Positions 24,084 through 37,600 of a DNA stretch of 45,678 nucleotides are shown here, one piece after another. The first letter of the stretch is position 1, and each line of letters opens with the position of its first letter. The notes beneath the pieces were generated by a model. That model saw nothing but the letters and a program-made list of their open reading frames with translations. It made no database searches and was not told where the DNA came from. Made by a program: the position numbers and the translations under genes. Source of the stretch: Selaginella moellendorffii (taxonomy: Eukaryota; Plantae; Lycopodiophyta); NCBI RefSeq assembly GCF_000143415.4, contig NW_003314476.1:1-45678 (forward strand). Reading direction: 5' to 3'.

Positions 24084-25881
24084 GTCACAACTTGGCTGCG
24101 GGACTCTCCTTCCATGCTATAAGTTGGTATATGGAAGGTAAGCTTTTCTGGATTCCACTTCAGCCTCCATTGTTTGTTCTTGTAGATGCAAGAATTGGCT
24201 GCGATGTCTTCAAATTCCAATGCCCTGGATTGAGCTGGCCATTGCGTACTATTCTTCTGTCAAAAGGAACATCCTAGAGAGGCGAGAACTGGCTGGTTTG
24301 CATGTGGTCAACAAGTTCAGCGCTCCATACCAGAGCACTGACGAGCATCCTGCAAAACCTTTTTATTTGCCAAGGACAGTAAGTTGCATATGCCAAGATT
24401 GAAAAGAGCCAGGTGATACGTTCACCATCAGCAGCTGATCAGGTTTAGGAGGTAAGTAACTCTCCTCAAGTGTTTTTGACAGGCTGTTTGTTTCGTTGGT
24501 CGTTTCAATAAAAAAAGAAAGTGGACTATTGCGGGAAGAGGCTCTCCTTGGGTTCCATGAGAAAGCTCTGGAAATTAGCAGGTAACTCCTCAGGTTTTGT
24601 GTTCTTTCGGGTGATCTGATCTTGTGTCATGCCACTCAGGCCAGGAAGCACCCGGCACTGGCCAATGCAGTGGGTCAGCAATTAGAATTTATCTGCTTGA
24701 CCCAGGGTGAAGGACTGGTAATTTTATTACATTTTTTATTTGTTCTTGCCTTGGTGAAAAGCTTAGTTTCAGTTGCTCAATCCTTGACGTGATTCCATCT
24801 GAATAGCATACCAATTTTCTTATGTGCCAGAACGTAGCTGGTTCAAACTGTTCTCAGCTGTGGTGAGTTGCTGATTCAATCTTTCAAAGTAACAGTAAAA
24901 CCAAATGATGAACAGAATGTGGTAGAAGTTGCAAAATCCTGCAATCTCTTTAGGCGAGAGCTGGACGGAAATTGGGCTTGCTGGCCTTGGTGGCAGTGAA
25001 ACCTTGGCGGCACCAATGATAAAACTACTGGACGAGGCCTTTTGTTGTCCTCCTCTTGTGAGTATGCCAGGCCAGCAAGGGAACGCTTGGATTCACTTGC
25101 AAACACAAGTACAGAACTCCAACATTCGTTCTTGCTTCCTCTTGGTATTGCTCTCATGTTTTCCATTGCTTTCACTTATGCTCTTTTTTATTAGTGTGGC
25201 TTTATAATGGAGACGGTCCTTCTCAGTCTGAATAACACTAATGATATTTGTCATTCATGAAGAAAGTAGCATTTATTTCGACAAACATCGTTACTTTTGA
25301 GCTGAGTCCCAGTCCGAGTGAAGATGGCAGCGATGATCCAGCAGCAATTCTATAATGCAAGCAGCCTGATCGAGGTGGGACCTCTAGGATTGATGTTCTC
25401 ATGTACACTTTTGCTATGTCATCGAGCTCACCAGATATATGTGCCTTTACATTCTCAACTCCTTTCATTTGCTCACTTTGTGTATGTTTCAGAGAGAAAG
25501 ATGACAAGTCATGTTTTTCTCGATCAAATGAGTGAGGTAAGAGAGGTCTCTTCCCTTTTGTGCCATTGTAAACTACACATCCAGTCTTGTGATTATTTTT
25601 ACAAACTGCTGTGGCATTCAAGCTAATGGCTCACAATCAATACAACTATTCTTTTTATTGTTATTGACTCTGATATCTTTGTGGCACTTTTCTTTCTCAT
25701 TGATGTGGATCACTTACTGATGTTTGATGTTTCTGTAGGAGAAAAGATGGATCGGAAAATGAAGATGTAAAAATGTGAAAATGAAGTAATCTCAGCACAT
25801 AATAGTAAGGATTGCAGGTTTAATCAACCTTAAACTCATGACACTGTGTCCAGGTAATTTATGGTAAAGTAGAATATGTCG

Positions 25882-25981
25882 NNNNNNNNNNNNNNNNNNN
25901 NNNNNNNNNNNNNNNNNNNNNNNNNNNNNNNNNNNNNNNNNNNNNNNNNNNNNNNNNNNNNNNNNNNNNNNNNNNNNNNNN
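25882..25981. other. Assembly gap (100 N)
   Basis: Run of N. Confidence 1.
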
Positions 25982-26130
25982 CCAATGAATGAGCTTTTGG
26001 AGGTGCTTGTGTGTTTTACAGCCTGGTTTTCCTATTGCAGGTCTCCCTTCTTATTCCCAGGAGTGGCAGAAAGGCTGGGATTTATTTATTTTGGTTCTTT
26101 TGATTGGAAACTACTGAGATTCAGTGTTGA

Positions 26131-26349
26131 GCTCTAATAATGAAAGGCAGAGAATTTATGGTTGCCATATTCTTGCAGTGGGGATACAATCCTGAAATTT
26201 TGTGTTCACAGTTTTGGAGCCGATCAAAATATCCAGTATTTGCTTGAAATTTCCCAACGAGGAGTGCACTGCGAATACAGCAGTGGTGCTCTCGAGTTAT
26301 CGTCACTGGAGCCACTAATATGAACGTGACTGGCTGCTCAATTAATCAG
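26131..26349 (+). repeat. Dispersed repeat, direct copy of 10141-10394
   Basis: See the 10141 copy. Confidence 0.85.
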
Positions 26350-26439
26350 ACACCATAGTTGAGTGCCAACGCTGTACCATTATGGGGTTCTTCCTCCTCT
26401 ATCACTGGAAAGCAACATGGCAGTGACTGTTTGCCGACA

Positions 26440-27326
26440 TTCTCGAGATTTTTACACAAGTGGTACTATGAGCCGGTGCTAAAGCCGGGTCCGCTTGGAT
26501 GGCCCGTCTTTATCAACATGGCTGCTTTTCTCAGAGCCTTCAAGTCTGGGTTACCATACGCTTTCATGGGTCACTTCTTGGTTTCAGGTATAATCGAGTG
26601 GGTTTTACAAGGCATTTCTGTTCTAGCAGCCCACCGTCCTGGTTGCCACACCAGAGGCATGCAAATTCGTGCTCTCCAAAGACAGCTTTGAGACAGGATG
26701 GCCAAAGAGCGCTGTTGTGCTCATTGGACGAAATCTGTTTGCGAGATTAACTGAAGCGAGCTACTTGAAGCTCCAGAAGCTTACTGAGTCACTGTGAACA
26801 ATCCCAAAGCTCTTAAGCAGTACGTGCCCCTACAACAGCATGCCTTGCAAGGTGGCCTACGGAGCATAAGATTGTTCTTCTTACCGAGATGAGAAGGGTA
26901 AGTGATGTTTACTTCCTCTCTGTCTTATTTTCTCGTTGATACTGGTTTTTTCTGATATGACAGTTCACGTATCTAACTGTCCTCTACATTTTATATAGGA
27001 AAGACTCCAGTTTCGATGTGGATGAGATTTTCTCCTTGTACTACATTGTCAACCAAGGCATTCAGGCTTTCCCCATCAACTTCCCCAACACTACCTACAA
27101 CAAAGCCTTGAAGGTAAAAGCCATATGCATTGTCTTACATAGTTTTGTGATGTTTTCCCATTCTCAGGCCAGGTGAAAGGTCATCAAGCTTATCCAGGAC
27201 CTGATCAACCAGCGAAGAGCTTCTAGAAAGACACAGGAAACAAGCATTCTTTACATAAACGCTGGTCACAACTCGATGGCTGATGGTTTCCTAAAGCAAA
27301 ATCCTGATGTGCTCGAGAAAGTGAAG
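26440..27326 (+). pseudogene. KAO: CYP88-family cytochrome P450 (ent-kaurenoic acid oxidase-like) fragment
   Basis: WYYEPVLKPGPLGWPVFINMAAFLRAFKS, KAFLF*QPTVLVATPEACKFVL...GWPKSAVVLIGR, VNNPKALKQYVP, NQGIQAFPINFP..YNKALK|A, NAGH. Stops, frameshifts and deletions; no heme-binding exon. Confidence 0.85.
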
Positions 27327-27720
27327 ATAAACATTTACAATTTCATACAAACTTTCCTTCATACAATCTTTCTTCTTTAGGCCACATCCAGACTATTCTG
27401 TAAAAGTTTCAAACTTCTGTAAGTATAAAAAGAAAAAAGTATTCTAGTGAATTGTACCTCATACAAGATGATATCCTATGTATTCTCATGCCTCTATTAC
27501 TCTAATTCATCCCTGTCACTTCTGTATTTGGAAGGAAATGCTATTTATGAAAACTCTGCATTTATGTTTACCCTTTGCTCCAATGGACCTAACGAAGACA
27601 TGTTCAAGACAGATGCAAACTGGCAGGTATTCTTAAAGAACCATAGAACTGCACATCATCTCTTTAAGGGAAATTTATGAGGTGCTTGTAAGGCTCTAAA
27701 GTGTTAACCTCCTCTGGATG

Positions 27721-27847
27721 GCATCTGAGGAATGTCTAGGGAATGAGAAACTGTAAGCTGTAGCATGATATTTTCTTGCTCTAATAAGTAGTTAAATAGA
27801 AGCTGCCTGTTGTAGCCTTTGTGGCTTTGCTTGACTACAAACCAATG
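27721..27847. repeat. Left arm of a diverged ~130-bp inverted repeat (partner 32401-32535)
   Basis: Its reverse complement shares AGTCAAG.AAAGCCACA.AGGCTACAACAGGCAG and AGTTTCT.ATT.CCT.GACATTC with the partner. Confidence 0.85.
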
Positions 27848-28666
27848 CTTACAAGGTCAGAAATACACAAGCAGATATTCATAAAGATGTATTGTATTTT
27901 GCTATTTAGAGAAATCTTTGTATATATTCCAAACATGCAATTCTTAAGAACATCTCGAAAAAATCATTAATTTTGTAGAAACCTCTTCTTTTGAAGACAT
28001 AAGAAAATTATTCTCACTTACAAAAATCCTCGACAAATATCAAACTTAAAATTAATGTAAATCAAAGCTATATATGTGAATTGTAAGTTTTTTTAAGAAA
28101 TTCATTTAGGAAATACTTTAAAGTATATATTATATGTTAATAATTATATTATTTCATAATTTAAAAATTTAAAAATGTCATTATATTATTCTGGTATATT
28201 GTAATATGTTAGATCTAAGTTTATTTATTTATTTTGATGTTCTTTATAATGAACATATCAACAATAAAATTTAGAGAATGAAGAATTTAAAACTTTATTC
28301 ACAAATGATAATGTTGAAACAACAATACATATTATTTTAAAATAAAATAAAATTAAAATTTTACTTCAATTTTAATATACTTTGAGAATATTATTATATT
28401 ATATTAAATACAGTATTAAAAACAATATATGATTATATAAATATGAATGTGCTAGATGTAGGTTTCTAATAAATTTTTTAATATTTCTTATAATCCAAGT
28501 TTATTTATAATAATGTTCTCCTTTAGATAATTGCTGAATAGTAAGCATTTTTGAATAATCTAATAGTAATTTTTATATTTAAATTTTTTAGCTATTTAGC
28601 TATATATGATTTAAAATCCTTCAGTAATAGGCAATCTTGCAGAATTTTTCTTAAACTTTCAAAGTT

Positions 28667-28825
28667 CCTTAGAAATTTTGAAATTATAACTTCTAGCATG
28701 ATATTACCTAAATATAATCCTTAGAAATTTTGAAATTATAACTTCAAGCATGATATTACCTAAATATAATCCTTAGAAATTTTGAAATTATAACTTCTAG
28801 CATGATATTTTCTAAATATAATCCT
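28667..28825. repeat. Tandem repeat, 52-bp unit x3
   Basis: CCTTAGAAATTTTGAAATTATAACTTCTAGCATGATATTACCTAAATATAAT at 28667, 28719 and 28771. Confidence 0.95.
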
Positions 28826-30426
28826 AATGAACTATAGTTTATAATTTTCAACTTTAAGGGTTACAATCTAGATATTTAACTTTAGAGTTGCTCTACTACA
28901 GGCTGAGTTGTATTTTTCTCACAAATGTGACATATAATTTTACTCTATTTCGAGACCATTAACGTTTTTTATAAAATACTTAATTTACCATTTAAACTAA
29001 CACGATATTTTCCCTATGCTTAGGTATGATTGATATAATACAAAATTGAAACAAAACATAAAGTTCATGTAAAGTTTTAAGACAAACCTGTACTAATGCT
29101 TTATAATAAAATTATGCATTGATGTCTCATTAATAACATGGTATCTAATATGGTATAAGCTATCTCATACATATTGAAAGATCAAATCCATTTCTTGATT
29201 ATATCCCAGTTATATGAAGATTTAAAATAAAATAAAACAATAGTTATTAGCTGAAAAAATAATATAAAATTATAAATTATAACATTATACTAATGAGTTT
29301 GATAAAAATTATATTATATTAAAAATATTCATAAGAACATTTGATAAGAAAGAAGAGATATTTCAGAGTACATTAGACAATTTTTATTTATACTACATCA
29401 TTAAACAAATCACACTAAAATCAAATAGTCATATCTGAAAATAAATATTTAAAAAATAAAAAATAATTATGATTTTAGGTGAATTGTCAGTGAGAGTAAA
29501 TTCAAAGAATAAAAAATAATATTTTTTTATCTTCTGCATAACATTATTTAGCTTTATTTAATATTTCTAATAAAAGTTTTACAAGTGATTTAAAAGTTAA
29601 ATTAATCAGCTTTAAACTTACAATTTTATATTATGGATTACAACTATAAATTAAGCTACATGCTTAAAATAATTTAATTTTATGGATAGATGTAATTATG
29701 GTTTTAATGTTTCATTAAAATAAATTAGTCACTTTTAATAAAAGAACATATATAAAACACAAACCCAAAATATGAATAAAAATGAATAACATATGTTTCA
29801 AATTATTAGCTTGGATGGATCATTAATAAGTTGTACTAAAAATTATATTCTCTTTTGAAGAAGTCTCATTCTTGAAGTGTATTCTTGATGTTCCTACTGT
29901 TTGACCTTGGAAATAAAAGAAATCCACAAGAAAGTCCCATAGGATTTACTAGGCTAACATATTTGCATGATAGGGTTTTCAAAAAGTTATCTAACTTTGG
30001 GCATCTAGGAAGTCATGTCACTAACTTGAGTGATGGGTAAATAAGAAATCAAAACTCAAATACTTACAGTTTTTTTTTAATTTTCTCAAGGATATTTTTC
30101 TCATATGAAGTTCCCTTACTTTACTTTAATCTAGCCCCTATTTCAAAATATATATTCTTGGTAACAGTTTTTCAATTTGGCTTTACTTGCTGGAATTAAG
30201 CTTAATAGTTGATAAACTACTTTGGAAAGGTATTCTTTTTTACTAAAGTGAACCTATGATAGAGGGTAAACATATCTCACAAGTGTGTTGCTAAAATGAT
30301 GTATTAATTGGAAGAAGGAATCATTGGCACAAGAGGGCATTCTTTTAGATTTGCAACTATAAAGAGTAAAAGGGTGTAGTTGATGGGACAAGTGTTCCTT
30401 CTTAGAGAGGAATGAAACAAATATTC

Positions 30427-30828
30427 NNNNNNNNNNNNNNNNNNNNNNNNNNNNNNNNNNNNNNNNNNNNNNNNNNNNNNNNNNNNNNNNNNNNNNNNNN
30501 NNNNNNNNNNNNNNNNNNNNNNNNNNNNNNNNNNNNNNNNNNNNNNNNNNNNNNNNNNNNNNNNNNNNNNNNNNNNNNNNNNNNNNNNNNNNNNNNNNNN
30601 NNNNNNNNNNNNNNNNNNNNNNNNNNNNNNNNNNNNNNNNNNNNNNNNNNNNNNNNNNNNNNNNNNNNNNNNNNNNNNNNNNNNNNNNNNNNNNNNNNNN
30701 NNNNNNNNNNNNNNNNNNNNNNNNNNNNNNNNNNNNNNNNNNNNNNNNNNNNNNNNNNNNNNNNNNNNNNNNNNNNNNNNNNNNNNNNNNNNNNNNNNNN
30801 NNNNNNNNNNNNNNNNNNNNNNNNNNNN
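30427..30828. other. Assembly gap (N run)
   Basis: Run of N. Confidence 1.
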
Positions 30829-32195
30829 TTGTGATTTCAGCACTATTATGTAATAATTGTGTGGCTTTGATCATCACAGCTTCGACTGAGCCAACTGACT
30901 CACGACCCTTGTGTAACTTGCTAAATTCAGCAATGCTCATTGTTGGTACCAAAAGATTTAGCTGTGGAGGTTCGTGGTTAAACTCTTCTATAATGGTTGA
31001 AGTTGTGATTTTCAAGGAATATCTCCATGTGCCTCTGTCATACTTGGGTACAATTGGTACTACCTCAAATCCAAACAATTTAATCCATTTTCTTCTTGCA
31101 AACTGCTGAGATATTTTCTCTGCAACATCAGAGTACATCCATACTGTAATAGTTTCAGTGCCAGTAAAATCTGTCATGTCAACACGTAGTCGGTTTCCTG
31201 CCACTCGTCCAGTATTCATGCGTAGTCCATAACTGTTCAGTGTATACCCCGCAAATAGTAACATACTTGCGCTCTCATCAATATTACGAATTTCAATTGC
31301 TTTATCAATCCCCATGTGTCTCAATTTCTCTTGTGATAAATTTATCATTGTTTTGCTAGAAACTGAGTCTGTATCTGCAGAGTAAAGACGTGGTCAACTA
31401 TTTTGAAAAATACTTAATTACTTTTACATACCTGATTCATCAGAGGTTTCTTTGTCATCTTCATTTTCAATTTCATTCTCTTTATCCTCTGAAAGAAATA
31501 TCCAATATTTATGTTTCTGTCACTTTAATTTTGCTTACTTTGAATGATGCTAGACACAAGTCCCTTAGCAATATCATCTGCAATGTAAAATTACTTTCTT
31601 TTGTCTAAGTATGCATCAAAAGCTACCTGTTGTAGCAATCTGACTGGAATGGTGCTCATGGTTTACTGTAGCAACAGAGGTAAATCAATAGAGGATTTGA
31701 GAGTCTCTGCATATAAGCTTATCTTTTAAAATTTGAACTTTATGATATTCATATTTTTGGTAATATTTGTCTTTTTTTTTCTTAAAATCTCAGAAGCTAT
31801 ATTTTGTCACCTTCTTGTTGAGTAGTCTCAATTTCCATTTCACATGTCTCCTGTATAGGTGTTTTCTGGGAATGAATTGCATTTCTAATCACTCCTTCTG
31901 ATGCCTGATTATCTTCATTATGGTGTAATTTTTCTTCACATGTGATGGTTGTTGTTAGTGTATCTTTTTAGAAATCTATATTAATACTGCTAGTTTTCTT
32001 CTTTATTTGTGTGGTCAGCTACCTACGTCCTAGGGTTTGTATGCAATACCTGTTTCTTTCATTAGAACTTCAAGCCTTTCTCTAGCCTTCCTTCTCTTCC
32101 TTTTGTTTTGTTGATTTTCGGTTTCTGTGGTAGTGTGTTTGCTCTTTGTAATTTTTATATCTACCAGAAAACATACCTTCTAATCCTCTCTCCAT
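30829..32195 (-). CDS. Helitron-associated RPA70-like OB-fold ssDNA-binding protein (spliced; 3' end in gap; possibly pseudogenised)
   Basis: Large exon 31374-30829: LRVDMTDFTGTETITVWMYSDVAEKISQQF...KLFGFEVVP...YSLKITTSTIIEE resembles RPA1 DBD-A. Upstream small acidic exons (e.g. 31488-31432) with GT-AG introns; co-oriented with and downstream of RepHel. Confidence 0.6.
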
Positions 32196-32400
32196 TTTTT
32201 TTCTCTTTCTTGACCTAGAAATAACTAACTATTTGGCCTAAAGCATTGTCGCTTAGTTAATCTCTTATTATTTATGCAAGGCTCCGATGCAAACTAAACC
32301 AGAATTCAATTTAAACATAATTAAAAACCTGGAGAAGGTGTGCAATTGTTGCAGTGCGAAGTGGTGAGATCAGTTCAGGTGAAGGGGATGTCATGGATTT

Positions 32401-32535
32401 CATTGTTTGAAAGTCAAGAAAAGCCACAGAGGCTACAACAGGCAGAATAATGTAACTATCTAGCTATGTATTACAAAAAGAAAAATGTCATACTACACCT
32501 TATAGTTTCTTATTTCCTGGACATTCTTCACATGC
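32401..32535. repeat. Right arm of the diverged inverted repeat (partner 27721-27847)
   Basis: See the left arm. Confidence 0.85.
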
Positions 32536-32674
32536 TGTTCGTAAAATTCCAAGAGCTGTAATTTCACATAAGTTGGCTACCATAAACATGAAAGAAGCAG
32601 AAAAAGTGAAAAGGAAAAGCTGCTTCCAACCTCTGCTTTGCTTCCTTGATCATCTCAAAGCTCCTGGCAGACAT

Positions 32675-32744
32675 GAAGTGACAATTTTTCCACTTTAGTT
32701 CCATCAGTGGGAGTTGAGTCAAGAAGAATCGATCCATCATAGCC
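32675..32744 (-). pseudogene. Class III peroxidase exon-2 fragment
   Basis: CAG|GYDGSILLDSTPTDGTKVEKLS corresponds to GCDGSILLD at the conserved first intron position. Confidence 0.7.
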
Positions 32745-34645
32745 CTGGAACAGCGAGGTCCCCCGTGATTGCCAATGCCTGGGATAATCCAGCTCTGATT
32801 GATTTAGAAGGAAACCTTTAAAAATTGCCTGGATGGATTGCGAGGATAGCTTCTCCACAGTCTCATCGAGCACCGATTTCTAGCGTCCTATGATGGCGAT
32901 CTTCGATCCATGCTTGCCAAAATGCGTGGCAATCTCAAACCCTATCCCAGATCCTCCACCAGTGATGAGCTCCATAGCTCACAAAGAACACCTCGAAGGC
33001 TTTTACTGTTTGTTTTTATTCTTCCTCTAAATTTTCGTCGCCCTAAGCCCAATCGAGTGAGCTTTCCCACACTTTCATATTCAAAACTTTTAACATAACC
33101 ACCTATGAAATCTCACGCTTGAATAATTTTTTTGTTAATATAAAGAAACAATATAAATGAAAAGCCAACAACTGCTATATACATGACACTCCCAGATTTG
33201 TCTTCTGATATTATAAAAACAACATAAATTTAAAAGCACTACGACTATCAATATTAGATTTTTATAAAGGTTACATTTATTTTACCTGAATATATATTTG
33301 AAATATCTTAAACATGAGAATCTTAGTAATTATCTAAATATAAATATTTGACCTGATGCATCAGGAAGCAATTTGTGTCTATGTAAAATACATTTCCTTT
33401 AGACCACAAGTAAGACGTATAAGTAACAGAAAGTATATTGTTAAAAGTGAATATTTTAACAATAATAGGATTATAGGATTATAAAAGAAAATTAAGATAA
33501 ACTATAGATTACCCATAACTATACTATTTATACTTATTATATAATATAATTATCCACAGTGGATTACTGTGACCACTAAAATTATATATAAATATTGTCT
33601 TATAAATATTATCTCCCAGTTTCATTTTCTGAGATTTCTCCTTCTGCAAAATATATGTGTCTATGAAATATATATCTGTTATAGAATAACATAATAACAA
33701 TATTGATTTGTAATGATAAATATGATCTTAGCTATAAACCGTTATAGAGCATAAAGATTGCAGTTCCAACACTATCTCAAAAATCTACATGAATACCTGG
33801 ACATTTTCATTGCTATAGTCAACGTGACTTCATCCGGCCTTATTATATAAATGACATTATTGATATTAATAACAATATGTTAATTATAATTATGTTAAGT
33901 ATGTTTTAATTATAATATGTTATAAATAATAATATAATTTAATGTGTTATTTATATAATTTAAATGAATTATCTGGAAATATATTTGCAGTAATATTACT
34001 GTCAATTATGACGTTTTGTTTAAAGTGTAACTCATATATCTATAATATACATTACATTATATATATAAGGACTGTATGAATTGGCATTGGCTCAGATTAT
34101 TACTATGTGTATGGAATAATTTGATTAATTGTTTTTGTTATAACAGTACATGTAGTGGTACTTTGAAATATACACATAAAATCAAAATTAAATGATAGAA
34201 TTTTAGTTGTTGAGGCTTGTTAGAAGAACTGAAGAAAGGTATAGAGGTCTTATAGGACAAAAAACAGTCATGCAACGAATGTATGAATAAACCTGGAATT
34301 CCAAATGTTTTTAATCTTCTGGACAGCGAAATTTAAATTTCAAGTCTTAAACTATGGAATGCCTTCTCATGCAAAGTGGGATGTAGTGTCCGAGAACTGA
34401 ATTATCAGGGTCTGAAGCAGCGTCGAGAATACCAAGCAGTTATTTTATTCCAATTTGCTGTTTAAGGCGTCTGCACAAAATGGATATCTGGAAGACACAA
34501 GGATAGCCTTTAAACTCCACTTTATGATGCATATTGTCTATAATACTCAACAGTTACTTTATATTCATAGTCTATATATATTACTGCAAATATATAATAA
34601 TTAGTCACAAGATATCAAACATAATACTTTTTTAAATGAATTATT

Positions 34646-37600
34646 TTATAATATTTCTTTGTATACTATATTTCTGGTGTACGGTTTGTTATTTTTTTCA
34701 TCAAGATAGCCTTGTCCTTCACATTCATCAATACACATAACAGTTTTCTTGCTGGATGTACATCTAGACAATGCAACATATAATTGCCCATGTCCAAAAA
34801 CAGGTCGATGCAAATATATACCAACACTATTCAATGTTTGTCCTTGTGATTTACATATTGTTATTGAGAATGCAAGGCGTAAAGGAAATTGTCATCTTTT
34901 CAAAGTAAATGGCATTTCACCATTTGTGGGCTTCAAAAGAATTCTTGGCAACAACACTTTATTTCTTTCATAACCACCTTTTAAAATTTTAGCTTCAATA
35001 ACATTTGGTAAGGTTGATGTGATAAGTAATTTTGTACCATTGCATAAACCTTTATTGACATCTAGGTTACGCAATAACATTACTATACATCCAACTTTTA
35101 TATTTAGAACATGTGGTGGCATACCAGATGGTGTAATTGAATTCAAGTATTCAGTAGGATAGTCTAACATTTCTTCAATTAAGTCACTTTCAATTGTATC
35201 TATGCTTCTATATGTTATCATTTTTCCAGGCATTCGAGATAGTACTTTTTCATTTATTTCTAGTGAGTGATCATTTAATGTTGTAAGAATTGCTTTTTTG
35301 GCATTATGGCTACCGTTATCAACTTTTTTTCCAAAAACAAAATCTATCATTGTATCCCTTGTTGTGCATTTGATTGGTAATTCTATTGTACCTTCCTTTT
35401 GACCTTGTAAGGTTGGTAAATTACCATTTCCAAGATTTATTAACCAATTAGACCATTCCTTTTCTTCAATGTTTACACGCATATTCGTTCTTAAAGAACA
35501 TTTTATAATTTTCTCCCATAAAGGACTTGACTTTACACTATTTTGAATGATTTGAGTACGATAGGCTCTCTTTAGAACAGGTAATGTTTGTCTGAAATCT
35601 CCACCCATTACAACAGTCATACCTCCAAATTCCTTCTCAGAGCTCTTGATATCACGAATTATTCTTTCAACAGCTTTAAATGCATGAACTGGTACCATAC
35701 TAATCTCATCCCATACTAATAAATCACAATTTCGAATTTCCATAGCTGCCTTTGAATTTTCTCTCAGGTCTGACGTGCATGTCTCTGTAATTGGCACTGG
35801 AAGTTTAAACGTCGAATGTACTGTACGGCCTCCAATTAATATTGTACTTGCAATACCTGTCCATGTAATAGCTATTGTTTTCATACCCAAATCTCTTACA
35901 TACATTATTAGTGTATTAAACAGAAATGATTTTCCAGTGCCTCCTACACCATCAACAAAATATACCTGTGGTTCTTGTTTATTTTGCAATGCTTTGCAAC
36001 AGTTTGTAAAAATTTCAAGTTGCTCACTATTTAGTATTGAAATATTATGTTTAATTTTGCCATTATCATGACATTCTACCTCTTGGTCTTCATTATTATA
36101 AACTATTATTTCTAAAGTTGTATCTAAACTGGGTAACTCAAATTCTAACAAGTTTCTATTGTGTTGATGAAGTAATATTGAGAGTTCTTTTTAGTGCTTC
36201 ATTGTATGCTACTTCAATATTATTAAGTCTGTGAATTAAATCTTCACACATCTCATTCTTATACTTATCCCATAGTCGTCTAGGATCTATAAGTTCACAG
36301 AAAAGACACATTATACCAAATAAATATCGTACTTGTTTTGGCATTTGAAATGTTAATGACTCTTCTATGCATTTATCCCATTCATTATCATCTTGTAACA
36401 ACCCCATCTCTTGTGCAGTAGACCGAAATGTTTCATAATAATTACCATTCCATTGCTTCAAATCATCAAAACTTGTTGCCTGTTTAACATATAGTAATAT
36501 AAGTCGCATATAAAATCTTTCACTGTCTTTAGGTGGGACAGTATACATTCTTCCTACAACCTTTGGAGCATGTTTACGTCTATTCCATGTCTTATTTCTT
36601 AAGTTCCATGTATACCACTCAGGGATTTCTGGATATGTAAAAGACCTTGCAAATGCATCTCTTTTATTCAACTCAAACCATTCTGTTAGTTTTGTTCTTT
36701 TCCCTTTCTCCAATGCAACTTCTTCTTCACCTTCACTAAAGTAAACACTCTGTAAATTTGGTAAATGTATATCAAGTCTTTCAACAGTATGTGATCTTCC
36801 ATGTAAATCATATCTAAATATCCTCCATATTCCTTCTGCTGCAGAGATATATCGACAATTTCTAAAAGCATCGATTTCATCCCAATCTAGTGTTTCTACG
36901 ATTTGTTGGTTCTCTTCTCTTCTTAAATTGACTTCAGCACAATCATAACCTTTATAAATATATTTGAAGATGTATTTTACACTTTTAATAGATGAACATA
37001 TTTCCACATTTATATGAGCTTTATATTTTCGCAATAGATATTTATTATATGGGACAACAAATCGATTATCAACTTCTTTATCTTTAATGTAAACTTTGTT
37101 ACCATTACTACATCTTCTGTATTCTGGAAATTGTCCTCTGATATTTTGAGTTTCTTCACAAAACTCCCGAGGGTAATGTGATTTACATTCACCATTCTTA
37201 TAACATGGGCTATTAGGGAAGCCAGAACCACATGGTCCATGAATCATATGTTTTTTAACTAATTCATATAACTCAGGATCAGTTTGTGGGTTTGGAATTT
37301 CTGCTGTAACAATATTGTCAATATTATCAACAGTTTTAATTTTATTTTCACTGTTGAATATGATTAATAAGTGACAATGAGGTAATCCTCTTTTTTGGAA
37401 TTCAATAACATACACATAAGCACTAACTTTACCAAAAATTTCTTTCCTATAAATATCATTTATTAAATTTTATTTTTTCACTTGGAAAACCCTTGCAACT
37501 AAATCTGGCCTATCGGAAGCAGTTTGTCCAGACAACAAGTTTTCTGTAATCTCTGGCCACTTTGGATTACATGTGAATGTAATAAACAAGTCTGGTTTTC

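Noticed and set aside
28667-28825. CRISPR-like array
   Set aside because: Head-to-tail repeats without unique spacers, in eukaryotic DNA with no cas genes.
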